The notes beneath the pieces were generated by a model. That model saw only the letters and a program-made list of their open reading frames with translations, did not search any database and had not been told where the DNA came from. A stretch of 64,000 nt of DNA from Selaginella moellendorffii (taxonomy: Eukaryota > Plantae > Lycopodiophyta). Within the stretch, counting starts at the first letter, position 1. The number at the start of each line of letters is the position of its first letter. A program made the position numbers and the translations under genes. The DNA lies in NCBI RefSeq assembly GCF_000143415.4, contig NW_003314268.1, forward strand, positions 729,378-793,377, given 5' to 3'. Positions 24,232 to 37,100 of the stretch are shown here, one piece after another.

Positions 24232-24580
24232 AGAAAACAAAGAAACGAGATGGTAGCTATAGTAAGTACAGTCTTTATGTGCTTTCTTTGTTGGTGAATG
24301 TTTAGATGCTTACCCTAGATGTGCCATTCTTAACATGCAAACTTTTTGACATGACAAAACTTCAAGAGCATTGAATTCACAAGGTAAGTGCTCTCTATCA
24401 TTCTCCTTAAAGCTTATGCTTTACGTCATGCAGGAAAATGCAAGTCAATTTTGGTCATGTTTGCTGTTGAGCTGCATCTTGTTACCAAGCACACATACTT
24501 CTGCCACCAATTTGCTTTTTGAAACTTTTGTATGACATTGAATTTAGCAGACACAAAACTTTTTATTTGTTCTTTTTTAG

Positions 24581-24933
24581 ATACAACGTCCTATGAGTCC
24601 ATTCTGAGTTCATCGTCAAGCTCAGGTGGTTCAGAGGAAGGAGGAGAAGCTGTTTTTAGTGATGGAGAGCATGTGGAGTTCGAGGACAATATTAGGGATG
24701 ATGCTGTTGCTTATATGGTGGAAGAATCGTCATCAGATGGAGATCAAGATGCAGAGAAACTTATTTTCGGTCTCAAGGAGATATTTGATTTCAACCATAT
24801 CCCACTAAAGAAGCAATCTTGAATTCTGAATAAAGAAGAACAGTATTTCTATGTATTACAAACAATGCTTTATGAGGGATGCAAGTTGTCTAGCTTCCCA
24901 CCTTCAACAACTTCAAATAATACACTGTTATGA
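24581..24933 (+). pseudogene. Acidic exon-like relic (truncated copy at 5591-5774); weak resemblance to a CACTA transposase N-terminal region
   Basis: Follows acceptor ttttttag; the D/E-rich frame continues past TGA 24820-24822 into QYFYVLQTMLYEGCKLSS. Confidence 0.35.
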
Positions 24934-25435
24934 CCCAGCACTAAATAACAAAGACAAAGACGTTTAACCTTGCATAAACTATGTTATGCCTTCTCTTGAG
25001 GTTCCTTTAATTATTCTATATATAGTTGAGTTATCAAATAGTGATTAAAAGTCTCTTCCTTTAATCAGAATAGTTTTTTTTGTCATCTTTACTTTGCAAA
25101 TTTTGCAACTTTTTAGTATTTAACTTAATGCTAATAAAAGATTAACTATTCTTTTTTCTTTATTACTTATTCTTCAATTGTGAATAATCAGTTTTATAAT
25201 ATCCAAGTTCACCACAATGATGATATAAATTGGTGATGATCATAAATTTGGAGTCTAACTTGCCACAACACTTGATACAATCCTTTCTACTAAGCAAAGA
25301 GCCCTTTAGGTAAATTATATACTATAAATTTTGAAAAATAAACAAATACCAATCATCCCTAGATATGTATAATAATGAGAATTATAACATCGCTCCAAGT
25401 AGTTATAAGTTAAATAAGTTAAATAAACTTCGCTC

Positions 25436-26281
25436 CAACCAGCATCCTAATGACAGGATCAGCATGCAAAACGGAGCCAAATGAAGTCTAATGCTATTTT
25501 GGCATACCAATAGCCTAACATAAAGACATAGGTACTTCACCAGTTAGCATGGTGTGAAACTTGGGCTTAGACCTAAGCCAAATGCAAAACAAAGACAAGC
25601 ATGTAAGCAGGAGTTAAACTATGTCTCAGGTTGATCGGCTATGCGCGACCTACCCACTGTCCCTACTATACATTTGGAACCCCCCATAGCCTCCCTCCCC
25701 CCCCTTTGAGGAGCACACGCTTTAGGCTTTCACCCCAAGCCTCCCTTAGTACTAGAAGTTAGTCTCTAGAACAAGCTTGAAACTTACTAAATATGGAATG
25801 TTCTTAGATTGCAAATTTGGACACGAGACGAACATCATTGTGTTAATGAATCTCTACATTCCGTAAATATGCCAAATAAGTAAATTTAGACACTTTTTAT
25901 AAATAATATTTGGGACCAAAATGAGACTAACACAAAAGGTATGATAGCAAGGGTGTTTGGCAGACACGATAAACTATCATCTAGCAATATTGAGGGACCA
26001 AACTCAATATTGTGCGGGTTCTTAATACTAGCAAGTACAAGCCAATGACACAAGTTTCTCAAACTAGGCCAAGTATGCTCAGCAAGAAACACATAGAGGT
26101 TCTTACCTTATATTTATCCAATCTAAGTGCATGGTTATTGACCAATTTCTCAACTAGCCCAAGTGGGAACTGATAACAGGTCCAACAATACTGACCTCCT
26201 GCTATCATGGCAGTAAGGAAATTGTGTCCGTAAGGACTAGCCGACAAGTAACTTTCGATACCCAAAGTCACATTCGTGACA
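25436..26281 (-). mobile_element. Same solo LTR in copy B, one end deleted
   Basis: Same right junction gtgaca|acttt; left ~300 bp replaced by filler. Confidence 0.88.
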
Positions 26282-29217
26282 ACTTTATACTCCACATAAC
26301 ATTACTATTATCTCATTTATATGTGGCAAAAGTGTTTAACAAACTTTGCTCCAAGTAGTGCAAGAATGGTCATCAAATATTAATCCCAGGTCCTAATATT
26401 ATCAACTTATAGCAATCATAAAAGTAAACTCAACTCTATTAGCAATGTTAGATCATGCTATTTCCATATTGAATTAGCAACACTTCTATTTCCATATTAA
26501 ATTTACCAATCCTTTCATTGTGTAAACCAGCTATTCCATGTAAGGCAACTAGTCATCCATTCATACCGTAGTCCCACAGTGGATACCTTCATTCGTGGAT
26601 ACTCTACTAAGAGGAAGGATGTACGCATGGATGCCCAATACATACGATTTCAAATTTAGAAGTAGGAATATATGTTGCTCAAGGGTATATTATATTTTTA
26701 AGTAACCACTAATTAATAGGATTTGAACCCGTGCCATTTGTTCCGATACCACACTATCTTTCTCCCTTTAAACCAACTGGAAAAGGATGAGAGAACCCTT
26801 AATGGCTATTTTATCCTTATTTATTCCTGAAAGTTCCAAAAATCCACAATAACAATATATCCAAATTTCATCCCATGATCACATGCATTACACTAGCAAA
26901 ATTCTTCCACTTTAATAATGAAAAGACTGCAACATAATCACCTTTTAACAATGTCTAAAAACTATGCAAATACGCATAAATCTTTTTGAAAGTTTTGTTT
27001 TCATGGAGTAGTTCACCTCCATTAGTTGCAACATATGGCTAATATACATAATAGAATTATATTAACCAAACACAATCATGCTCTTTTGCAACAACACACC
27101 TTTGAGATAATGTCAAAAGCATTTACAAAAGGTTGAGTGTAGTTAAAATACTCAAAAACTAGAAAAATTGTCAACACATCTTTAAGATCTACGAATGTCT
27201 ATTCACAATCCCAAATTAGATGAAAAATAATATGAACAACTTCATTAATGCTTGCAATGATAAAAAAGACAATAACATGAAAAAGATATTACACCTTGCC
27301 AAGAAAGTGCTGCATGTTGTTCATGCACTTTGGAGTAGAAAACTTCATAACATCCACAAGTATGTCAGAATCAATTTGTAAATTTCCATGAAAAATATAA
27401 TACTCAAGATATATGCATTTTAACCGTATTAATGTCAAATTAACTTCCTATAGCTGATCCCAATGTTTTACAAACATCACAAGTGTGTTCCTCCTATGTC
27501 CCCTTAAAGTGGATCAAGACATTATCAATGAAATTAATAGTCACCTTTAACATATTATAAAGAATATCATCCAAAAAGTTTCCAAAGAATTATTCAATCT
27601 ATACAGCATCATAAAAATTCATATAAATTAAATGGGTTATAGAAGTAATATTTAAAACATCCTCATGTAAGCAACTAAATCACTTAACCACACATTTGAC
27701 CACTTGGAGGAGTTTCACTCACCATTTTTATAAATTTTATTCCCATCTTAAGAACTTGCTAGCCTCATGAATGACTTGTATGCCACTCAACTTTTGCACT
27801 TGGTCCAAATGCTCTAAATGTCCAATCCCACAATAAACACCTAAAGATACCAATAACATATCATCCTATTATACTAAAGTTATATCCATTCACCTTTATT
27901 TAATTGGTAGCCTAGAACCACCTATACCACAATGTTGTCTCCCAAAGATTAGGCCATCTGTCCATGAGTGGTCATCTTATGACCACATTTTAGCTTCCTT
28001 AAGATGCCTAGAGACATAGAAAACACCCTTCTTTAATATCCCTTTTTCAGTCTCTATCTAATCCCTTTTCATCCATAGTTGTTGTCGCGAATGTGACTTT
28101 GGGTATCGAAAGTTACCTGTCGACTAGTCCTTACGGACACTCTTACCTTACTGCCACGATGGTAGGAGGTCGGTATTGCTAGGCCCGTTATCAGTCTCCG
28201 CCTAAGCTAGTTGAGAAACTGGTTTTCGCGTGTGCACTTGACCAGATGGGCATAAGGATGGAATTCCTACGTGCTATTTGTCAAGCATACTTGACCTGGT
28301 TAGAGAAACTCATTCGTTGATTTGCATTTGCTAGTTTTGGGAACCCCCGCGATATTGAGATTGGTCCCTCAATATCGCTAGATGATAGCTTACCGTGTCT
28401 GCCAAACACCCTTGCTACCATGCCCTTTGTGTTAATCTCATTTCGGTCCCAAACGCTATTTATGGAAAGTGTCCAGATTTGCTCATTTGGCATATCTACG
28501 GAATGTAGAGATCGGTCGTTTGTCCCATGTCCAAATTCACAATCTAGGGACATTCCATATTTAGTGTCCCAAAGACTAACTCCTGATATTAAGGGAGGCT
28601 TAGGGTGAAAGCCCAAAGCGTGTGTTCCTCAACGGGGGGGGCGGGGGGGGGGGGGGGGCTTTGGGGGGTTCCAAATGTATAGTAGGGATAGTGGGTAGGT
28701 CGGGCATGGCCGACTAACCTAAGGCATAGTTTAGCTCCCGCTTGCGTGTCTGTCCTTGTTCTGCGTCCGGCTTGGGTCTAAGCCCAAGTTCCATTCCATG
28801 CTAGTTGGTGGAGTACCCATGTTCTCGCGTTAGGCCACCGGTATGCCGAAATAGCGCCAGACTCCGTTTGGCTCCGTTTTGTGTGCTGGTCTTGGCATTG
28901 GAATGTTGGTTACTCTAGGACTGTTCCAAGTTGCTCCAGGCTCCTGTCCCTTCGCTCCTTAGGCTTTATGCTCAGGAGTTCCTCCGTGGTTCGGTTCCAT
29001 CACTCCTTGGCTCCACGCTTGGGAGTTTGGCACTGTTCCTTCGTTTAGTGGCCCAAGGCGCTAAACCTCAGGTTCCTATGGACACATTGCATGGACACGT
29101 GGCATGTGACATGTGGCATCTGTCACGTGGCACAAAGAGGGTTTAGGTTCCGCTTCGTGGTATTATCCTATGGTAAATCACCATACGATAAAGGGTCAAA
29201 ACCACGTACGCTACATT

Positions 29218-29227
29218 TGGTATTAGA
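29218..29227 (+). promoter_or_regulatory. Primer-binding site, tRNA-iMet type
   Basis: tggtattaga 2 nt after the LTR; intact TGGTATCAGAG in the sibling at 60843-60853 (-). Confidence 0.88.
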
Positions 29228-32200
29228 TGATGAATCTCAGTGAGTACTATTCAATGAGATTGGGCAACTAGTCTCGTTGCATACGCAAAGATGAAAACGA
29301 TGATCCAAGTGGGTACACGTTTGGTGCAAAGGGTTCACATTCATTCCTTGGGTATGGTTTTGGTTATCTTTTGTACCTAATAATGTGAGCTTGCTCTTGG
29401 GCTCATAGGATAGATTTGAGATGCTCCGTTAGCACGAGTTTACGCTTGGGCTCGTGTGTGAGGCATATTAGCAACTCAAGGTTACGTTTTCAGTTGGTAG
29501 GATTAATGTTAGCCTATCGGTCGTTCTATGGGTTGTTCCAATGGTTCTATAAGTTGTTCCATGTACCGTGGGTAAAAGCAAACCTTCCCTAGGTTTGCTA
29601 TAAGTGGCAAATATGCTAATCCATAGCTGTTTAGCATGACACTAGTGGATCCTTCTTAGGCATGATTACAAGTGGATCAATCAAGACTGTAGGGATTAGT
29701 CTATTGGTTCAAGTAGTCATTGCTGTGCTCTCTCATAAACTTCTCTTGGATTGGACTGAAGGTAGTGTGAAAGCAAGCTTGAGGTGTAGTCAAAGATGAG
29801 ACCGAAAGGAGAGTCATCAGGGACGAAGGATCAAACACGTAAATCATGTTCTCTTCTTGGAGAGATAATTCGCAACGAGGTGTGACCCATTGCCCGTTTT
29901 CACATCATGCAATCAAGAGCCCCTACCTTAATGCATGTTGGAAATGATGGTCTTGTAAATGGTGAGTCATGGGATGGATAGCAGTTGAAGTGCTAAACCA
30001 TTTTGTCTAGGCTTGCTATTAGAAGACTTGGGTTGCAATGCTCAATTCTTTTCTGGGGAACCTTGCTATTGCTCCTTGAGTAACTTGGTGTTGGATTAGT
30101 TTTGAGTTTGGTCGGAAAGAGAGTGGCATAAGCTTGTCTGTGTTGTGAATAAAAGTTAGTGGTTCTGGGTGTTGTAAATCACTATCAGTGGAGTGTGGCA
30201 TTTATGTTACATTTTGTCGAATCGAGTTGACACTTGATACTCACATAAACTTTTGTAGTAATGACATTGGCATTGCTCATTATGTTACTCAATTTATGAT
30301 CAAATCATTGTGATACTTATATCATATCCATGTGATAATGAGCGATGTGTTTACGAAGTTGCTTGGTTAAACGATGATCAACCCCAAAGTGGTTGATGGT
30401 GAAGCTAGTCTACTTGCACGAAGTAGCATTGTAGTAGCTTTGACTGGATCCTTGATGGTGGTCCATTATGCTAAGCTTAAGTTGGTTCCTTGGTTCCTTG
30501 AGGATTTGCCCATAAGGTGTTGGAAAAAGGGTTGTAACATTCATTTGCTATAGCTCATTAGTTGATCCGTTAACACTTGAAGTAGATTGTTAGATAGAGA
30601 AGGTGTGAGGTTGAGGCATTGACATTACTAGCATTTGTGTTAGTGGAAGTGGCATTGTTATTTTAAGTGATGAGGAAGTTTCCTTAGAGTTTGATTTTCC
30701 ATGTCATTTTTCTTGTTAGTGTTTTAGTTTCACATTGAATCTTGAAAGTGGTTAAAGAAGAGTGTTAGTGCAATGTGGATATCCGAAGATGTGGTCTTCG
30801 TGATCAAGCCTTGGATGTTCCATTTGCATTTTACAGATGTCAGTGTTGGATGTCAAAAGAATGGGCAAAAAGATGTTCAAGGCTTAAACATACTATGGGT
30901 GATGAGAATTTGTGTTGGGGTGAACCTATGTGAAGTTGTTAATAGGAGGAAGTTGATTTAGTCTTGAAAGTTTGTATTCTTAGACTGAGAGTCATTCTTT
31001 CTCTAGGATGGAAATTTTCTACAAATTTTCTTAGATTTATCCAATAGCTGATTTGTTGATCACTTTGCTCGAAAACCATTCCGTTTTCGTAAGCCAGTAC
31101 AAACTAGTGAAAGGGTTGGAGTTGACTTTGGTTGGCTTAGACCTTAGTAGGTAATTTGTATGATGCAGCCCGAAAAGGATGCTAACTTTTGGGGCTAAGG
31201 CAATTGAGTTGGATAGATCTAGAGTTGGTGTAGAAAAGTGGCCATTGCACTTTTCCAGAAAGGTGACCTTTGTGCCTTTCTTTTGTAGCATTATGCTTGG
31301 TGGCAGGTTGCACTTTGCATTTCGTTAGACTCTATGAGAGTAATGAGCTCTCACTGATCTTGACTTGGTCTTGGTGGCCCTACGCCTTGGCTAAGGATGG
31401 TGATGTTCAACTTAGTTGTTTGTAATTGAGATGTTGGTACCCATACTATAACTTTGTTTAAGTGGAGGTTGTGTACCGATATGAGTCCATTTCGTAGTTT
31501 TCACTTTAGTTTCGACTAAATATTGATTACGCATAGCTAGCCTTTTCAAGGCATGCTCAGAGCCGTTGGCTAAATGTATTAGTGAGCTTATTGCGGTTGA
31601 GTTGGATTCGAGTGGTCATTTAGTTTGTGCTTATCAATGAACCTTTATCTCGTATCTGGGGTATTACGTTCATGTTGAATAAGTATATGATTTGATGACA
31701 AGAGTTAGTGTTTGGGTCTTGTGAAGGCAAGTTGAAGAGTGATTGTTAGTTGCCTTGCAACTAATGGTTGCTTATAGACTTCGTCGAGGACCTCTGATAC
31801 TTGCTTCACTTGATGATGATTTAGCGGTGATGAGTTGCTTTACCGGATGGTGTTGTTAGACTTACATGGGTTTTCCATGTTGGCATGTCGATTTTACCTC
31901 TGTTGATATCATTTGGTTGTGTTTAGTTCATAGTGTTAGATTTCATTGAGTCTTGGACATGGTGATTCACTCCTTGAGGAAATGTTATCTGTACCTGAGT
32001 AATGTTGAAGGATTGGTCTCGGATACTAACTAAAGTATCTTCGACCTTGGTTAGCTTGGTTGCTAGAGAGCTTTGAGTGGTAATACATTCGTGCTTTCTT
32101 TTAGCTTTGTTCTAGTGTTGATGGCATTGAAGTGATGCTTTGTCGTTGACATTGTTGATGTTGAGATTTTAGTGAAATGAGATGTCTCTCCGCAAGATTG

Positions 32201-34178
32201 ATGTCGAGTTTCATTAGTTTTGATAAAGATAGTGTTGATGATTTGGCTATAGCTTTGTGTTATTAGCATTTGTACAATTGCTAATTAGCAACTGTATTGA
32301 CGTTCAAATGAATTGAGTGGCAAGTTTGAGTTAGTTGTGTTCTAGACAAGATTGTTTAGTAGAGGTTGAGTTTTGAGCTTTTCCTTGAAAAGTGATTTAA
32401 TCATGGACTATGCTAGCTTTATAAAAGGAAAGAGTTAGTGATTGAATCCTTGCTGGATTTCAGTTGGGATATATCGATCATTGATGATTCTTCTTGTGCT
32501 TGCTATGAAGTGAGTTATGTCTTGCTATTGATAGATTCATGGAAGATCGATTAGATGATCACTTGTTGAGCATAGCTCCATTATACTTGGCTTTTGAATT
32601 GATGCAAACATGCTCTTCATTAGCTTTGCATTATGTAGTATAGCTTATGGATGTGTTGAGGAGGATATTGTGGGTTATACCATGATTTCTTCTTTAGCAT
32701 TGAAGTTAGTTTATGCAAAGCTTGTGATCATTGTTAGGCAAGACTTAGCTATAGACTTTTTCAAGCTTTTGGTTCTTTGAGTTTTATGCTCGTTGTTCCA
32801 TTTGTTTAAAGTTGTTGGGGAAGGCATTTTGGCTTCTAGCTTCCAGATTGAAGTTAGTATTTGCATCTAGCAATCATTGGTGATAATTGACTATCATCTA
32901 GGATAACTGATTATCCTTGTCAAAGAGTTTTGCTTGATTATTATTGATATAGATTGAGTTGCTATTCTTCGGGATGGTAGATTCTTTCTTCAACTATGAT
33001 TATGCATCTCTTTCTTGATAGGATGATTGATGATCTTTCATGATGGTTAGTTGTTCTCTTTGATAGTTTTTGGTTTTTCGCAATATCACATGTTCTTTGT
33101 GGTTTGCTCTGGATTGGTTTTTTGGGTTTGAAACATCAGTAGGATGTTGCTGACACTTGCTTAAGCAACTTAAGTTCCTTAGTATTGTTGGCTGGGATCT
33201 ATTCGGATTGGCTTTTGTGATAGTTGGCAGGAATGAGTGTTTGTTAGTTTTGCCACATTCATTCTATTCTGTTGATTATTACTCAAGTTAATTCTGATAG
33301 GTTGGGATGTTATTTCCTTTGGGTGATACATTCGCGAGCATTGTGCTTGTCAATCAATGATACTTTGTATTCTTTGAGTTCTCTTTCACAAATTGTTTGG
33401 CATTCTATCTACCATCTTTGATAGTTAAGTTTCATCATTGAGTTTCCTTGATGATATACTAGCTATTGAATTTTGTTGGATCGTGCATTCTGTTTACCAG
33501 TTACAATGATCTTGGTGGTTCCTATACTATACTACTGGTTTATCGGACGATAACTTGCTTGGAATACTTTTGTGTTCTAATGTAAGATTTAGTCACTGAT
33601 AATTAAGTCTCTAAGATATCATTGTCTCTGACTTTGATATTGTCCATCTATTGATCTTTGAGTTTGAGCCAGTATAGGCAGATTGGCTTTGGCACTTCGT
33701 GTGCATGTTGAAATCTCTAGTCATGGGGTAGCTACTGTCGACTGGTCACATAACCCGCCTCTCTGTCGATGTTCCTTATTCCGTTCAAAAAAGCGTGACC
33801 GTGTAAACAACTCTAACTGCCTGTTTACAGTAGTCTATCTAAACCTTACCGACGGGTTTGGTTTCTTTGCTCATGAGGGTTGGGGCCTCTGGCTTCTCTC
33901 TCTATGTCCTTGCAGGCAAGAGTGTATCACACTTTTGTAAGCTGGGTGATTCCCAGAGCAGCAAGGATGGCTGACTCCGTTGGTCATTTCCTTGTCGGCG
34001 ACGGCCGGAAGGTGTCTGAGCTAATACCGCATCCGCGTTAGACAAAGAGGTTGCCTCCTAACTCATTTAAGTTGGTGCATTTCTCACATAGTGTGAATAC
34101 CGTGAACTTTTTCTGGAGTTGTTTCCTTGGCGGTATTCTAGACTCGAGTGTGCATCGACGAGGACGTCGATCTTCCCT

Positions 34179-34190
34179 AGGGGGGGAGAG
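34179..34190 (+). promoter_or_regulatory. Polypurine tract
   Basis: agggggggagag directly before the 3' LTR. Confidence 0.92.
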
Positions 34191-37100
34191 TGTCGCAAAT
34201 GTGACTTTGGGTATCGAAAGTTACTTGTCGACTAGTCCTTACGGACACTCTTACCTTACTGCCACGATGGTAGGAGGTCGGTATTGTTGGGCCCGTTATC
34301 AGTCTTCGCCTAAGCTAGTTGAGAAACTGGTCTTCGTGTGTGCACTTGACCAGATGGGCATAAGGATGGAATTCCTACGTGCTATTTGTCAAGCATACTT
34401 GACCTGGTTAGAGAAACTCATTCGTTGATTTGCACTTGCTAGTTTTGGGAACCCCCGCGATATTAAGATTGGTCCCTCAATATCGCTAGATGATAGCTTA
34501 CCGTGTCTGCCAAACACCCTCGCTATCATGCCCTTTGTGTTAATCTCATTTCGGTCCCAAATGCTATTATGGAAAGTGTCCAGATTTGCTCATTTGGCAT
34601 ATCTACGGAATGTAGAGATTAGTCTGAACACAATGGTGTTCGTCCCATGTCCAAATTCACAATCTAGGGACATTCCATATTTAGTAAGTTTCGAGCTTGT
34701 CCCAGAGACTAACTCCTGATACTAAGGGAGGCTTGGGGTGAAAGCCCAAAGCGTGTGTTCCTGAAGGGGGAGGGGGGCGGGCGGGGCTGTGGGGGGTTCT
34801 AAATGTATAGTAGGGATAGTGGGTAGGTCGGGCATGGCCGACCAACCTGAGGCATAGTCTAGCTCCCGCTTGCATGCCTGTCCTTGTTCTACATCTGGCT
34901 TGGGTCTAAGCCCAAGTTCCATTCCATGCTAGCTAGTGGAGTACCCATGTTCTTGCGTTAGGTCACCGGTATGCCGAAATAGCGCTAGACTCCATTTGGC
35001 TCTGTTTTATGTGCTGGTCCTGGCATTGGAATGTTGGTTACTCTAGGACTGTTCCAAGTTGCTCCAGGCTCCTGTCCCTTCTCTCCTTGGGCTTTATGCT
35101 CAGGAGTTGCTCCGTGGTTTGGTTCCATCACTCCTTGGCTCCACGCTTGGGAGTTTGGCACCGTTCCTTCATTCAGTGGCCCAAGGCGCTGAACCTCGGG
35201 TTCCTATGGACATGTGGCATGGACACGTGGCATGTGACACATGGCATCTGTCACATGGCACAAAGAGGGTTTAGGTTATGCTTCATGGTGTTATCCTATG
35301 GTAAATCACCATAGGATAAAGGGTCAAAACCACGTGCGCTACAGTTGTGCTTGCCAAAACTACCACTGTGTTAGCCCAAAGGCCTGAAGGCCTGACCACT
35401 AAGTCCTATCCACCTTTAAAACTTCCTTGCCACATGATTATATGTTTGGTCATTACACAAGAGGACTACTCCTTTTCCTTTCTACAGTCTAGGACTTTAG
35501 GATAATATTTCGAAACACTATAGCCCAATGTGAACCTTGTGGGTACTCTCCCCACCTTCTACCTCTAGGTGCCCTAGCCATGTGGCTAGAGCGAGGTTTC
35601 GATGAGCCATACCAAATATCCAAGTAGGTAGTAACACCTACACTTCTATGAGACACAAATCCTTAAACCCTAAACTCTAGACCATTTAAGTAGTTTAAGG
35701 GAAATTAAAACCTTTCTATCTTTGCTCTTCTTGCATCCTCAAACAATAGCTATCTAGAGTGGAGCCAAGAGGGTGCCATGTGGTAGTGGTTGAAGTGGAC
35801 GCTAGACAAGCGTAACACATTTGGACTAAAAGCTTTAACTCAAAAAGTTGAGAACAAGAGTGGAACTCCTATTGAAAGCATAAAGCAATCAATAAGCAAG
35901 CCTCTAGAAAAGGGAAACAAAAGGATCAACATATGACACGTGGAAGTGTCAGAATTGAGTCTGAGATGGACTTGAGATGGAATCCGAGGAGTCCAAGATA
36001 GAGTCCGAATTGAAGTATGAGATGGATGCAAGATGGAGTCCGAGAAAGAGTCCGAGATGGACCCGAGATGGACCCAAGATGGAGCCTAAGATAGAGTTTG
36101 AGATGGACCCAAGATCGAGTCTAGATGGAGTCTAAGAAGGAGTCTGAGATGGAGCCCAAAATGGAGCTTGAGACAGGGACCAGGACTGGGACCAAGATAG
36201 AGGCCAAGACCCAGACCAAGTCCAAGACCGAGTCCAAGACTGAGTCCAAGACCTAGTCCAAATTTGAGTTTGAATCTGAAGTGAAATCCCAAAGCAATTA
36301 TTTCTCAAGTGAGCTTTAAAAGGATAGTAAGGGGAAGACTTCAGTGGAACTAATTTGGCTAGTAAAACCAATGTGGCTAAGGAAGGTTATACCCATGTGG
36401 TGGGTAATGATATAACCATTAAGGAGTCAAAGACTAAAGTGAATATAGATAGACAAGTGGGGTAACTTAGTGAAGTATTCAAGAGCTAACTCTAACTCCC
36501 TTGGGAGATCAAATAGTCAATGCTCCCAATCTAAGTGTGGGTGGCACTACCTACTTGGATACCTAGCATTGCTCATCAAAACCTTGCTCTAGCCACATGG
36601 CTAGGGCACCCAAAGGCAAAAGGTGGAAAGAGTATCTATTAGGGCATCTTTTAGCCTCAATTATGGATCCATCCCTCACATATAAACTCACAAAGCTGTA
36701 GCTTCAAACTCAACAACAAGAGAAAATGAGGAGGACCCTTGATATTTCACCTTCACATGGTTTTTATACAATCATTTGGAATATTTTAAGAATCAAAATA
36801 TCCTCTCCCTCTCTCTCAAGACACCCATATCTACAACTGGGGAGTAGGAGTAAGAGTAGTAGTGGGAGCAAGAGCAATAGTAAGAGTAGGAATAAAAATA
36901 GGGGTAGAGGTAAGAGTAGGAGCGGGGCAAGAGTAGGGTTAGGAGCAAGAGTAAGAGTTGCTTCTCTAGCTGCAACATGTGATACGAGGAGAAGGTGGCA
37001 ATGAGTTAGTGTTGCAACAAGCAACTATTGGTGGGTGCACAAGACTTTGGTGCGCAAGAACCCATGGCTAAGATGCTCCCATATGCTAGAATGTAGTGTC

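Larger units (their letters stand above)
28083..35343 (+). mobile_element. Structurally complete non-autonomous LTR retrotransposon (gypsy-derived, LARD-like), 7261 bp
   Basis: LTRs 28083-29215 and 34191-35343 (TGTCGC...GCTACA); TSD GTTGT (28078-28082, 35344-35348); PBS; PPT; empty site in A (~10393); no long internal ORF. Confidence 0.95.

Noticed and set aside
30019-30201. Antisense ORF conserved at 59232-59429
   Set aside because: Only 60-65 aa, and similarity is what DNA homology alone predicts; no evidence of selection without a dN/dS test.
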